Shown piece after piece: positions 37,601-49,601 of a DNA stretch of 64,000 bases (the first letter of the stretch is position 1; each line of letters starts with the position of its first letter). Origin of the DNA: Amphibalanus amphitrite (Eukaryota); assembly GCF_019059575.1 (NCBI RefSeq), contig NW_024881729.1, positions 416,406 to 480,405 on the forward strand, given 5' to 3'. The notes beneath the pieces were generated by a model. It was not told where the DNA came from. It made no database searches and saw only the letters and a program-made list of their open reading frames with translations. The translations under genes were made by a program, and so were the position numbers.

Positions 37601-38478
37601 CCACTTCCGATTTGTCAAACAGCGCGCCCCCAGCGGCCGGTGCCATTCGACACCGCGCCGCGCCGAGCAAACGGCTGGCGCAGGAAACCCTTATCCCGCT
37701 CCGCGCGCTGTGTCAATATGGGACCGGGGCAAACGCGGCGCCCCGCGCCCGGCTGATAGCAGACCTAATTCGGGCCACTTCGGGACTAATTCGCCACACG
37801 GTGGGTCTAATTTACCGCGCCGCCTACGTGCGAGGGATGACTGTGCGCGTGTATTTGCCAAGAAAGCGCGTTTTTCTGCGTGGGAGCGGAATTTTAGTGG
37901 GATGCGGGTTTGTGGATTTATCAGGGAGCGAAAGGCGCCCCTGTGGCCATAGCTTGTTGCCGGCTGCTTACAGCTATGAAATGTTTGTACTGGACATTGT
38001 TCACCCGTCGGGTCGACCGTGGTCTTGTTCTCCGGGCATGGGCTGCCATTTTTCGCCATGCCCTGCGGCTCTCCGTGGGGCGGCCCTGCCCACTCTGACC
38101 TCCTCCTCCACTCCTTCCTTCTCCTCTGAGCCGTGCGCGGCTGCCGGCGGCGAAAGTGGCGCTCCGGCGGCGAGTGTGGCGCTCCACCCTCGCCAGACAG
38201 TGCCCGTGGCCACGGTCGGAACGGCGTGACCGCAGAAGTCGAGCCCCGCCCCGTCCCGGTGCGCTGACGGCCCGTCGTGTCTAGCGCTCTTTGGCCCTGC
38301 TCTAGTCCCAGTCCCGTCTGTTCACTGGTGCTGCTAGACTTCTTGGACTCGCCCAGACTGGCTGTAATGCCCTGTAGAATCTCACTAACGCCCGCCATGC
38401 AGTGAACCCTTTCTGTCTGGAATGCCATTCTGTGGCGTCAAACATCATCTGACATGTGTCTGTCTCTCTCCTTTTCAG

Positions 38479-38620
38479 ATTCCAGATCAGCAACACAGAC
38501 CACATCATCGACGTCAACAAGGGCAACAACCTGTTCGAGTACGACCAGGTGACCATCATCTGTCCGAGCTACAGCGAATGGACCAAGGAGGAGGATACGG
38601 AGAAATACATCATATATAAC
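38479..38620 (+). CDS. EFNA: ephrin exon 2 (receptor-binding domain: IFQISNTDHIIDVNKGNNLFEYDQVTIICPSYSEWTKEEDTEKYIIYN)
   Basis: ttttcag acceptor and GTGAGT donor. Matches the ephrin-A5 region [34 protein letters not shown], including the first conserved Cys. Confidence 0.85.
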
Positions 38621-40177
38621 GTGAGTACCGCTGATCGGGCCGCACACATTTGTCAATGACGAACGGCGCAATAGACGGCCGCATTCCACGGGACACACAC
38701 CGGGCGAAATTCGGCCGGGCGTGTAGCGCTGTTCCGCGTGCAGCACCGCGCTGCAGAGCTGCATTGTCCGCCGGCCACCGACTGTTGTGCTGTGTACAGA
38801 TGATGTGTTGGGCTTGGTCTCTGCACAGTGCAGGCCATGCCCAGGTGTAGTTTACTTGACAAATGAGCTATGGTGCACCAGCCAGATCGGTGGCTCGGTT
38901 TGCTGTGATCGTTCGTCGCTCAAACGGCCTGTCGTTTTTAATGAATTCCTACCGATTAACCGACTGAGTTGGAGATGATCAAATTTAAATGAAACACGAG
39001 CCTCTCTTTTCAATTGCACGCTCGTTGAGTTATTAATGTCGAAAAAGTCGCGCACAATTTTGTTGTTGAAACGGCAGGTCGCATTGTCTGCATTTCATCC
39101 ACACGCCAATACATATCCGCTAATCACGACTGCAGTATACGGCCATTGCATCACGCCCGTCCGCGACCGTCCTCAGAGCGTGTTGCGTCACCGTTCCGGG
39201 CCATAAATTAGTCGTGACAGTGGACGCGGACGCGGCGATTATTGCTGGTTATCTGAGCGGCCGAGCTGCACCCGGCTTAGCGGCGCTGCCATATCGCACC
39301 GATAGGAACCGGCCTTTATGGCCCGGCCGACGGAACGCGTCCTTTATTGCCGGCGATGACGCCACGCTGATGGCGTGTTGGGTCGGGTCACGGCGTGATG
39401 CGGATTTCGGCTGTCAACATAGGCGATCCCGGTGGCGTCATCATGTGCCTCGCCATTGCACCTGGCCTATACCTGACCATCCAGTGTGCCTGACCCTATA
39501 GAACGCAGCTCTGTGGACTTCCGCTCTAGCTCGGACCACACTGTCTGCCGATCCTTCCAATGGGTCCAGCCGGCGCCTCAGTGACCCTCACAAGTCGCGG
39601 GCCCTTCGGAGGTAGCACAATCGCTGTCCGGCGTGCGCATTTAACGCCAAGGCCGCCGGCGCAATAATTGATCTCGAACGGAAAATAGCGTCCACCACCT
39701 GACGGCCCCGGGCGTTGGGGCGCCGATTGTTGGGGCTGGACGGCCGGTGCAGGAGCGATGGGTGGTCAACGCGGCGGCGCGGTGGAGAGACATGCAGGGT
39801 AGTGGTTTGAGGTGGTCCATGGAGTTGACTTTTGTGTAAGGGACTGGTTAGTCATAATCAAAATCACGGATCACGGATAGTCACGGTGGTCAGAATCACG
39901 GATCACTATCAAATCCAGGAGTAGCATCAGGTTTCTCATTCCGACCGGCATCCTCACGGAGAAGTGTTCTGCACTGCTGATGCCGACTCCTGTCTTCACT
40001 TTGCTAACGTGCCTTGGACCGTCCATCAGCTCTGCTCTCGGACCGAAGCTGAGCGGACGGGCCGGGCCGGTCGGCGGTGGGCGCGCGTTGCATGCCGTCT
40101 CGTCATGAGCGGTGGAGTGATTGGTCTGGTGCGGCGGCCGGCACCGCCTGGGGCTCCGGACGGGCTGCGGCTGCGGA

Positions 40178-40236
40178 CAGCCGACCGCCGACCGCCGACC
40201 GCCGACCGCGACCGCCGACCGACAGCCGACCGACGG
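40178..40236. repeat. (CCGACCG)n heptamer repeat
   Basis: Direct reading. Confidence 0.85.
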
Positions 40237-41683
40237 GCAGACGATGAGTGGCAAACCGACGGATGGCGGACGGCACCCTCACCACCACACACGAACAGAC
40301 AAACGGGCGAATCCTTCACCAACGACAGCCGGACGGACGGTCGAACATACGGGCGTGCAGACGATGCAGGACAGATGGACGGACAGACCGTGTGCACGAC
40401 GCCTGAACGGCGGCGGTATAAAACGCTCCAAACATTTATCTCGAACCTGGAGTCAGTTTTGGTTTTGATACACCAGTGTGGGATCGCCCACAGCGTACGA
40501 CAGGTCTGGTCCGTGTTGCCACTCGTGTTACCGGTCACCGGCGGCTGCTCGTTTGATGGAGAGCCTCGTCCCGGCTGTCGTGGCCCGGTGCCGCCGTCAG
40601 CGCCGCCACCATGATCCGACATCAGTTGGCATCAGCGGCGGCAGATCACGCTGATCAGAGCCGCTCGCTTGGACCGCCGGTGACAGTATCTTAGTGTCAC
40701 CCTCCCCTCTGGTGTATAGGACAGTCGGCGGCAGCAGGACATTGCGGAGCCGCCGCAGCTGCGACCGTCCCGGAGAGAGAGCAGCAGCCTCTCCAGGTTA
40801 ATCCGTTCAGACGGCTGACTGTCGCCGCCAGGGACGCCGCCCATTCAGGTGGAGGGTGCGCCGCGCTTTGTCGTCCCGCGACCCTGTCGTCGGCGGCGGA
40901 GTCTGCTCCTCTCTGTGGTGCCCAACTGTAGGCGACGGTCCGCCGGCTCCCTATTCAGTGTCCGTCGTCAGCTCACAGCGAACTCGCGGCCCCGGTGGCT
41001 CAGAGGACGCAGCTCAGACGCTCCTGTCAGGAGCGGGGACTGCGGACCTGTCAGGACTCGGGACTCAGGACCGGTGGGATAAGCCGATCAAACTCGATGG
41101 CGCCGGAACGTCAGGGCTCGGGTGGAGCTGGTAGACTGGTTTGAAAACGGTGGTGACAAAGGATGTTACTAAATATGTGTCTCCTTGTGAGTACCCGATA
41201 AAGACGGCCACTGCTAGTGAATTCGGATCCATTGCAACTCCATTGGTCCGTGGGTTAAGGATTTGACACGGTGCTGAAGGAGTCTCTGCGCTGTTGACCT
41301 CTGAGCTCATCATCCCACCGTTTACTGTCCGTGGTGCGGTCGCCTACCGATAACCCCTCCTTCGGCGGTCGCGCAGTGATGGCTGCGGTCCCATTGGTCC
41401 CAGCCGACCATCACCTAGGACCCTCTGTGGCGCTCTAAATGCCGGTGGTCGAGGTTATCCGGTGACCAGCCGAAACGTTCCCTGTGAACTCTGCCGAAGT
41501 GTCGTCCCACTGTCCGTTTGCATCACATGCACATTTACATCATTTGCGCACTTGTAGGCCCAAAATGCTGATCTAGTAGTCTGCCTCGAGGGCATTTTTC
41601 CCAACAATGACCTGTGACCTTTGACATGTTAGCTTTGACGGCTGACCTCTGACCTGTGACCTAACCGTCGCGTCTGTTTCCAG

Positions 41684-41852
41684 GTGTCCAAAGAGGAGTA
41701 CGACACATGTCGGATCACCAACCCGAACCCGCGCATCATCGCCGTCTGCGACAAGCCGTACAAGCTGATGTTCTTCACCATCACCTTCCGGTCATTCACA
41801 CCTCAGCCGGGAGGGCTGGAGTTCCGGCCCGGCCAGGACTACTTCTTCATCT
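41684..41852 (+). CDS. EFNA: ephrin exon 3 (VSKEEYDTCRITNPNPRIIAVCDKPYKLMFFTITFRSFTPQPGGLEFRPGQDYFFI-)
   Basis: tgtttccag acceptor and GTAAGT donor. FTP...EFRPGxxYFxIS is the ephrin-A signature (human [20 protein letters not shown]). Second and third conserved Cys present. Confidence 0.9.
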
Positions 41853-43400
41853 GTAAGTGGGCCTCATAAACTGAGCAATATCTTCCACCGCGCAGACAGG
41901 CAGCTGTTTTGTTGCTTTTACCGAAACCTGTTTGATTCAGACGACGGCTCGATGAGATTAGGCCGTGACAGGACACACACGATATTTCGGCAACTCGTGG
42001 CTGTCGGATTACAATCATCATGGGGCTTATGCTAATTGATGATAGGTATCTGATTATATCAAAAGCGATCCAACTAAAAGCACTACTATTCTCTTTTCAA
42101 GCTCGCTTCATCGGGAAGAATGGTAACTATGGACTGAAACGAGCCCTGTAGCTTTGGCATGTTGACGCATTAGCGCCCAGCTCTAACTCTTGAACAAATC
42201 CGTCGCAGCTATGTTCCTGTTTCTAAATGAGCATTCCTGCGAAGCCTGTAATCCAAACCCGGTATAATCCTCTGGGACATACCCTCACATATGATGTCCG
42301 TACATCCTGGAAATCCTGAACCGGCCTCGCTTGGCTTGATCCTGCAGCCGGAGTGGTGCTAGTTGAGACTGACCGGGCGCCATCACTCATATCCCGTCCT
42401 ATTCGGTCCCTACCCCGTCGTCCTTTCTCCGTGTTTCATTTATGCCTATTCCGTTCTATTTTATTTAGTTTTCTCCCGTTCCTTTGTTTTATTGCCGGTT
42501 CCGTTTCCACTCGCGCCGCCCTATTCTGTTATTCTTATTCTATCCGGTCTGCTCCCCGTCCCATCCCGCCCCGTTCCGCCCAACTTTGTATACCGCTCTT
42601 CCCTGTCCCATGGGATCCGCTCCGTCCCACCCTGTCCCATGTGTCCCTGTCCGGTCGGCTGGCCTCCGCCATCTGGGGACTTATGTCGCCTGTTGCCTCT
42701 CGGCCGTGATCTGATCTGGCGTGGACGCCGTGCATCTTACCGGACCGCGGCCGGCCGGTCCGGACCGGGTGTATTAGCCTGGCTCGCATTAGCCGACGCG
42801 GTATGGCCATGACTGCGAGCGGCAGCAGCGGCTCTGGCAGCGCAGACCAACAGCCGTGCCGAGCTCAGCCGGGGCACTGACAAAGAGCCCCAGAGTGTAC
42901 TTTGGTGTATGCTAGCGCGGCTTTTGCGTGCGAGCTGCATTTTGAGTGAATGTGAGCGTGCATGGGGGCTGAATTGGGCGCCCGGGTAGTTGATTTCCGC
43001 ATGACTCCATTCTGATCGGAATTGTGTGCCTGGTGATAGCTGTTGGCACCGCGGACTGGGCTGCTTCTTGTCGAGATTTGAGAAAGAATCCCGAGTCTTC
43101 CTGACTGCCCGGAGCTTATTGTTACTTTATTCAGCTATTGACCGCTCTTATCCTGTAGGCCCAGGTCATCGTCTTATTGCTAATACCTATTAACAACTCG
43201 TGTATCTCCCGTCGGTCCAGGTTGATTCTTTTCCCGACTCTATCCCGAGCTTCTGTGCCTTCGTGATACTCCGAGTTAAATGCATATCCACTATCCAGAT
43301 TCCAAGCCATGAACCTCATGTCATTCCCCCACTCTGCTTACCCCTCTCCTCGCTGACCGTGTATGACGCACATTTTCTGACGTCATCGTTCTCTCGCCAG

Positions 43401-43529
43401 CCACCTCTGCTCGGGGCGACATGCTGCGTCGGATCGGCGGCCGGTGTTCGACGCACAACATGAAGGTGGTCTTCAAGGTGTGCTGTAACGAGACAAGTCA
43501 GAACCGCATCCCCGACCACGGCGGCCCAG
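43401..43529 (+). CDS. EFNA: ephrin exon 4 (-STSARGDMLRRIGGRCSTHNMKVVFKVCCNETSQNRIPDHGGP)
   Basis: Phase-1 join to exon 3 gives FFISTS. Matches ephrin ...GGVCRTRTMKIIMKVGQ / RRSCLKLKVFVRP with the fourth conserved Cys. ctctcgccag acceptor, GTGAGG donor. Confidence 0.8.
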
Positions 43530-44475
43530 GTGAGGTTGAACATCAGAGCTTGGAACAGCTTGGCAAGGGGCGCTCGCCCCAGGCGGCATTTAAAGCTAGG
43601 CTAGGGAATTTGAATTGACGTAGGAGCCTAAGCGTAACGGTGTAATGATCCTGCAGCTTCAGCCTTGGTCCCAGGTGACTGATGGCATCCTGTTATATCT
43701 CGTCGGGGCAAACACCCGTAAGGGGTGTTCCTCAGGGACGGAGGGCGGCCGGTGATGTGTCGAACCGACACGACTGGTGTAAACGGTGACCGCTGACGGC
43801 ACGATCGGCGCCGCTCGCCTGCAGTTGGCGCCGCGCGGTATTCCCGACTTGGGGCGTGTTTGGGCGGGCCAGAATGTCCCACCGGGCTCAACTCCTCACC
43901 GTCTCGCACTGGCTCGCAGACCACAGTTTTGGTTGCTGACTTGCACTATATGTAATATGGCGTCTGGTGATCCCAGGTCAGGGTACGACATAGCTTTAGG
44001 CAACAGCTTGTGGTAAAATAGTGCACAAAGACCAAATCTTTTATCTATAACCTGCACGAATGCCACGTAGAGTCGACAGACGGTAGATGTGTGACCAATC
44101 TCAGCCACCGCCGAGGTTGTCGTCCCATGACCGCCGGTCGGCGCGCCCCCTCCACCCAGTGACATGACTGGCACCCCGGTGGCATGTTATTGATGACACA
44201 CTGCTGGTATCATCACCCCTCACGGTCCGCCTCAGCTATACATCAAACACGGCGCGCATTGTTAGCAGCAGGATGCGGTCGGCCAGACACACCAGCATTT
44301 GCACATTTTGATATTCATGATATTCAATATACGACGGCGCGGTTTGCAGAGACGCAAACATCGGGATACGGTTTGCCGCGTATCGGATTTGGCTGGCCAC
44401 GCGTGCATGGTGCTCACGGAGTCGGCTGGATGATGCAGATTCTGGCGTGGACTGCTCACTCATGAGACAGAGGGC

Positions 44476-44518
44476 TGTCGGCTGTCTGTGTGTGTGTGTC
44501 TGTCTGTGTGTCGTGTGA
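44476..44518. repeat. (TG)n / (TGTC)n microsatellite
   Basis: Direct reading. Confidence 0.85.
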
Positions 44519-44863
44519 TCGGGGCTTCTGGGAATCCATGGGGAGGATGGCTGAGTGACGTGTGTTGATCATACCACGATGGGATGACGAGACGTGACCT
44601 GAATAAGATGGTGTGTAGGATGGTATTCCGTAGCTGGCTTCTTTGTTTGAGCTGAGGACTTCCAAGTGTTCATTCATTACCCATCGGACTCTAAAAACCT
44701 ACGCTTTTTGGCTTGTTATGTGCCTTGCTTCCGATAAAGAGCAGGAATCTTGTTAGTTTGGATAACGTTATCACAGTCCAGTTGCTTCCTTATTCTTGGC
44801 ATCTCGGCCGTATTCCTCGCACGTCTCAGCAGCGTGTCTGACGGTCCCTCCTCCCTCCCTCAG

Positions 44864-45079
44864 CGCTGCTGCCGGGCCCGGGTCTCCAGACGCCGGCGCC
44901 GGCGCCGCCGCCGTTACCCGCCGACGAGGCTGTGTCGGAGACGACGCTGCCGCCGCCGGCGTGGCTGCCGCCGCGCGCGTCCTCACCGCGCAGCACGGCC
45001 CGGCCCACGCCACGGCACTCGTACAAGGGGGGCTACAATGTGCCGACCATCAACGTAAAGGCCACCACAGAGAAACAAG
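44864..45079 (+). CDS. EFNA: ephrin exon 5: Pro/Ser/Thr-rich juxtamembrane linker (ALLPGPGLQTPAPAPPPLPADEAVSETTLPPPAWLPPRASSPRSTARPTPRHSYKGGYNVPTINVKATTEKQ)
   Basis: ctccctccctcag acceptor and GTATGT donor. Phase is consistent with exons 4 and 6. Composition is typical of an ephrin stalk. No sequence homology is expected here, so confidence is moderate. Confidence 0.6.
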
Positions 45080-45547
45080 GTATGTGGAGAGCCGAGAGGA
45101 GAGGGAGGGACGGAGGGAGAGGGCACCACGCCCTGGGTCCCTGCGAATGTGTGTGATCCTGGAAAGAGTGAGGGATGAAGGAGCTACGGCGACTGGTGTC
45201 ACCTTCTCTGTTGCGTTCAGAGAGATGTCAGGGTCGGCTTAACAGGCCGGTTTTCAGAATGGGTCTTACCGTGACAAGCCTGGATATCTGGGCTCTGCAG
45301 AGTTCAGACTTCTGATAGGGCGATAAATCTGAATTTGTATGTGTAATCGCCTCGTACATGAGCTCATTCTTGTCCATAATTATTGTTACGTAGGATGACA
45401 GTGGCTGCACCCACTGAATCAACGACCCATGTGTTAGTGTGACAATGTTTTGAGGCGATGTGTGCAGCTCGCTTTGTCAGAATTTGGAACTCATGCTCTG
45501 GGAAGCTCTAAACTTGTGACTGACACACACACTGCGCCTGTTTTCAG

Positions 45548-45714
45548 ACGAATACGGCAAAAAGAAGCACCCGAACGACGTGGCCAAGAACGAGGGTCTG
45601 ACGTCGTCGGCGTCGACGCCAGCGACGGGCGCGGTGCGCCGCGCGGACTTGATGTGTGTCTCTGTGGCCGTGAGCATAGCTGGGCTGCTGCTGCTGCGGC
45701 CGGGGCCCGGCTGA
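45548..45714 (+). CDS. EFNA: ephrin exon 6: C-terminus with GPI-anchor signal (…SSASTPATGAVRRADLMCVSVAVSIAGLLLLRPGPG*), stop at 45712-45714
   Basis: ttttcag acceptor. Small-residue omega region followed by a hydrophobic tail and stop, the hallmark of GPI-anchored ephrin-A. Confidence 0.65.
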
Positions 45715-46644
45715 TCGGCCGCCGCGCCCTAGCCGAGCTGTGAATACCCGCGGACTGTACAGCGAGTGGGGCCGCCGCGGTGCTGCCACCTATGGACGTC
45801 AGGACGACAGTGTGGTTGCGCTGCGCGCCGCCGCGGCGCTGCTGTCGACTCGGCGAGCGCCGCGTCAAGCTTTACTTTGTGATTGAAGATATTTTACCGG
45901 CCAGATGGCCATTGTGATACGTTTTACTTGTATTGACTATCTGTGAGTGTTACATGGATGATGACTGACGCCTTCCTTCTGTGGGCCAACCGTGTGCGTG
46001 TGCGTGTGTATGTGTGGGTGTACACACGATGTGAATAAGTCATAGTATGTGCGGCGGTCGGTAGCATTGGCCGGTGGCGGAGGGCCTTCGGTCGCCCGTC
46101 GAGCCGCGGGCCGCCGCTGTCGACAGACACCCGTTAGCGCAAGTGCCTCCAGTGCCGAGCCACCCGACTAGGAGTGAGGGAGCACGGAGGAGGGAGCCGC
46201 GTGATCGATCGCTGTATCTCGTTGTGTTCGTGTTGGCCGTTTGGTTGTTCAGTGGCGTGTTATGTGAGCTGTTCTGTCTCTCGCTCTGCCTCTGTCTCTG
46301 TCTCCGCCTCTGTGTCTCCACTGGACGTTCCTGACTGACCGATTTGCTCAGTGACTGTGTGCCGAACGAACCGACCTTACCTGGCGCCGCCGCGCCAACA
46401 CGAACTTAGGTGTCATCAAAAGTCGCGTGCCATATGAACACTGTTTTCGTTGTGTTCCGCATTCTTTCAGGTCGACTGTTTTGCGTGTCATTGGGGCCTG
46501 ATTGAACTTTCCATCTCCGTTCTGCCGGCAATCTGTGCTCATTTTGTTATGGTTTGTTTGGACTGCGTAAACCAGATGTACGCATGTGTCGAACGATTCT
46601 CCCACGATTACAATATCTTTTATATCTAGCCTGTAATAGTACCT

Positions 46645-46650
46645 AATAAA
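46645..46650 (+). terminator. AATAAA polyadenylation signal, candidate end of the ephrin 3-prime UTR (about 930 nt after the stop)
   Basis: First canonical hexamer downstream of the stop on the plus strand. The 3-prime UTR contains a CT-rich tract (46268-46320). Confidence 0.4.
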
Positions 46651-46702
46651 TATGTGTCATGGACAACGGTGTTTCAGGTCCACCGAATACCATTTTCTTT
46701 CT

Positions 46703-47502
46703 ACAGGGTGTTTCACAATAAACGTTACTTTTGATAAGCTTTTGAAATGACCTCAACTATTCGTATGCCCATAAATTCTATATTCATTTTGTTGCAAATT
46801 CCTTCGGGTTTTTTATTCTTGCAAAAACTATGACGAATCATCAACTGCATTCTTTATGTACGTGCAATGTCCACGCCATCAGAACGGGTCAATTCGCTGT
46901 TAAGCTTCAGGGTCCTTCACAATGAATGTTGCTTTTCAAACGACGATGTTTCAGTGACATGTATTACATATGGCCCATGAGTATTACCACATGAGACAGC
47001 AGTACAGTAACTGATGAACATATAACCTTCAGTTCAGCACCCTTCACGGGTTCTCCACTATGCCACCCTTCCGTCTGACTTTTTCAACCAGATTTTCTGG
47101 GATCGCCGTCCGGCCAGGAGGCGGGGCTGGTCTCATGTTTCCAGTCTTCTGGAACCTTTCTACCACCCGTTTGAAAGACATTTTTAACGGAATATTCTTC
47201 CTCCTTTTAAAATGGCTACCGAAACTCCGTCGCACTGCGGTCAGACTCCGCAAAGCGCCGTAATACATGACCACCCATACCGCCTCATCATCTGTACACG
47301 GCGAATTGACCCGTTTTGACGGTGTTGGCATTGCACATCCATACAGATGGAACCGTTGACGGTTTGTAAAAAAAAATATAAGGACTAAAAACCGCAACAA
47401 ATTTGCAGCAAAATGCATATAAAATTTACGCGCTCACGAACAAGTAAGATCTTCATTTAAGCTATTCAAAAGTAACATTTATGCATTGTGAAACACCCTG
47501 TA
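46703..47502 (-). mobile_element. Tc1/mariner-type DNA transposon remnant (about 0.8 kb, internally deleted). It has roughly 40-bp terminal inverted repeats (cagggtgtttcacaat... / ...attgtgaaacaccctg) and a TA target-site duplication on both sides (46703-04 and 47501-02).
   Basis: Terminal inverted repeats and flanking TA dinucleotides read directly. An internal minus-strand ORF (47044-47418) encodes an HTH resembling the N-terminal DUF4817/HTH_Tnp domain of Tc1-like transposases (…DDEAVWVVMYYGALRSLTAVRRSFGSHFKRRKNIPLKMSFKRVVERFQKTGNM…). Confidence 0.7.
47044..47418 (-). pseudogene. truncated Tc1-like transposase N-terminal HTH fragment (124 aa ORF); no catalytic DDE domain
   Basis: Sequence pattern of the transposase HTH domain. 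The element is too short for a full transposase. Confidence 0.55.
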
Positions 47503-48323
47503 GGATTCCATCGGGAAACAGGTACTATGCCGGTGGAGCATGTGGTATATTACAAACAAGCTACCACATTTTGTGCGATAACTTTGAAATGAAGCGGAAG
47601 GCACGTTTCTTCCGTCGAGAGACAAAGCAATGGTCACATGTCTCGGATTTTGTAGGATTTAAGTGCCCGCCTCGGTGAGGAAGGGGCATCATAAGAGGAC
47701 GATCACATTCATCATAAGGAAGATCACATTTCAGTACATGCAGGTCACAAAAGCACAACACAAATAAACCGCGCACGTGAGACCATGTCATCAAAATTTG
47801 GTTAATAAAGCTGGTTAACATATCACAGAATACATACGGCCTGTATCAAGTCACAGATTGCCATACGAATTCAGCCGCTATATACTTTGCGTCATTGGAT
47901 TGTTTGAAACAATTTCGCCCAAAATGCTACCTTTTTGCGCACAAATGACGAATTCAAATAGCGAATAACGAATTCAAGACCAAGCAAGCACAGCACAACA
48001 TACGCGAATGGTGCTATAGCACAAATATGCTGAAAAGCGCGATTGAAGCTCTATTCGACAGAGCACAAATGTTGAACTAACACCACGCGAAAACAGCTAC
48101 TGTACAATTTAGAAAACAAAGCATGCATATATAATATATCACAGATAGCATGTAACTGTACCGTTCACAAACACTCAGCATCACATGCTGACATCCCTTC
48201 AAACAGAACAACGCAACCGCACCCCACATCCACTCTATACATCACACAGAAGAGTGTAGTACTTGGCGTATTTGTAAGTGTAGTTGTACTCTCACCAGGG
48301 ACATCGCCCCACGCCTCGACTAA

Positions 48324-49205
48324 TCATTTGACGATGGACACCTTCCCGTCGCGGACCCAGCGGCTGATCACATCACCCTCATGTCTGTCCTCAGTGACGA
48401 CGGAGGCTATAGGGCGGGGGCGGGGACGGGGGCGGCGGCTGGGCGGCGGGCGGCGCACGGGAGACTCCAGCAGCCGGTTTAAGAACGCGTCCATGGCCGT
48501 GCCGCCGCCTGAGGCAGCGGTGATCCGGGGCCGTTTGGGGGTACTGGGTCCGCTCGAGGAGACCCCGGTCTCTGGTGAGCGTGGGCCGCTCTCCGAGGTC
48601 GGAGGGGGTACAGGGTGTTCGGCGCTCTCTTCTACCTCCACCACCGGGGGCGGGGTGGCCAGTCGCGGCGGTGTGGCCAGGACGACCGAGTCATCGCTGT
48701 CGGCAGCCGCCATGGTCGGAGGTGTTCGACCACCCAGGTCTTCTGCCGCCGGCGCAGCAGCATCCTCGCCACTCCGATCCCCTGCCACCGTCCCTGTCAG
48801 TCCTCCTGCCTCCTCCCAGTCCGTACTAGTAGCCTGATCCACCACTGTGGGTCGATGCCGACGAGTCCTTCGCTGGCCTGACCCCTGCCTCCGACAGCTT
48901 GAGCCCTGTCTCCCTCCCGACTCTTCTCTCCTCCTTCCCGAATCCTGTCTCCTCCGGCTAGACTCCTGTCTCCGCCGACCACCCCTAGTCCTACCTGATC
49001 CGGCCGGTGACCCGTCGCTACCCCGCGGTACTGGGCTGGCCTCTCCAGTAAGGACGGAGGGCAGCCGGCGGCCGCTACGGCCCCCAGTCGGCCGGACTGC
49101 CGGGCCGGACCCCGGGGTCAGGTCGGAAGGACGGGGCAGGCCACCGGGAGGTACCAGCGGGGGCCGCCGGGGCGCCCGCTGGGCCCCGCGACCGCTCCCG
49201 CCCCG
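48324..49205 (-). CDS. ERCC6L2: ERCC6L2-like terminal coding exon: long low-complexity Arg/Ser/Gly/Pro-rich C-terminal region ending …DVISRWVRDGKVSIVK*, stop at 48324-48326
   Basis: Minus-strand ttgttttcag acceptor at 49206-49207. The frame stays open for 882 nt to the stop. Phase-0 start matches the phase-0 end of the upstream exon. Assignment to ERCC6L2 rests on splice-phase continuity, not homology. Confidence 0.5.
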   Translation of the reverse strand, partial: RGGSGRGAQRAPRRPPLVPPGGLPRPSDLTPGSGPAVRPTGGRSGRRLPSVLTGEASPVPRGSDGSPAGSGRTRGGRRRQESSRRRQDSGRRREESGGRQGSSCRRQGSGQRRTRRHRPTVVDQATSTDWEEAGGLTGTVAGDRSGEDAAAPAAEDLGGRTPPTMAAADSDDSVVLATPPRLATPPPVVEVEESAEHPVPPPTSESGPRSPETGVSSSGPSTPKRPRITAASGGGTAMDAFLNRLLESPVRRPPPSRRPRPRPRPIASVVTEDRHEGDVISRWVRDGKVSIVK

Positions 49206-49446
49206 CTGAAAACAAACGGAGACAAAACCGTGTAAATGGAGTCCAGAGAGAATGCCTAGCCATTTAGTCGATATTCATGATCATCCGTCATTATATTATC
49301 CACAACCAGCAATGCCTAACTCATGAGATAAGCTTAAGTTTTTGGTGAAAATACTTGACTGACCCGTCACATCAATGGAAATGCTGCCCTCCACCTATTC
49401 CATCCTTTCCTCTGCCTGAAACACGCACGCCGCACATTTCTCTCAC

Positions 49447-49601
49447 CTGGGGCGGCAGCGGGGCGCACCTCTCGGCCGGCTCCTGGGTGCCCGCGTGCAG
49501 CTGATACACGGCACGGGTCGCCTGGCGCGCCACGTGCTCCTCTAACCGGCTGGCGGCCACGAGCGGGGCGTTACCGTGCACGTGGCGCACGCCGCAGTCC
49601 C
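49447..49601 (-). CDS. ERCC6L2: ERCC6L2-like exon (-GDCGVRHVHGNAPLVAASRLEEHVARQATRAVYQLHAGTQEPAERCAPLPPQ)
   Basis: Pyrimidine-rich acceptor (…ccttccctctgctccag) and GTGAGA donor. Phases are consistent with the neighbouring exons. Confidence 0.5.

Noticed and set aside
38422-38619. ATG-initiated ORF running into ephrin exon 2, as a possible alternative first coding exon
   Set aside because: Its frame is +1 relative to the conserved ephrin frame of exon 2. The upstream part is intron with a clean ttttcag acceptor.
48324-48845. Stand-alone 173-aa minus-strand ORF
   Set aside because: It is the 3-prime part of a longer open frame (to 49205) preceded by a splice acceptor. The ORF-track start is a GTG, not a real initiator. 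It is interpreted as a terminal exon rather than an independent gene.
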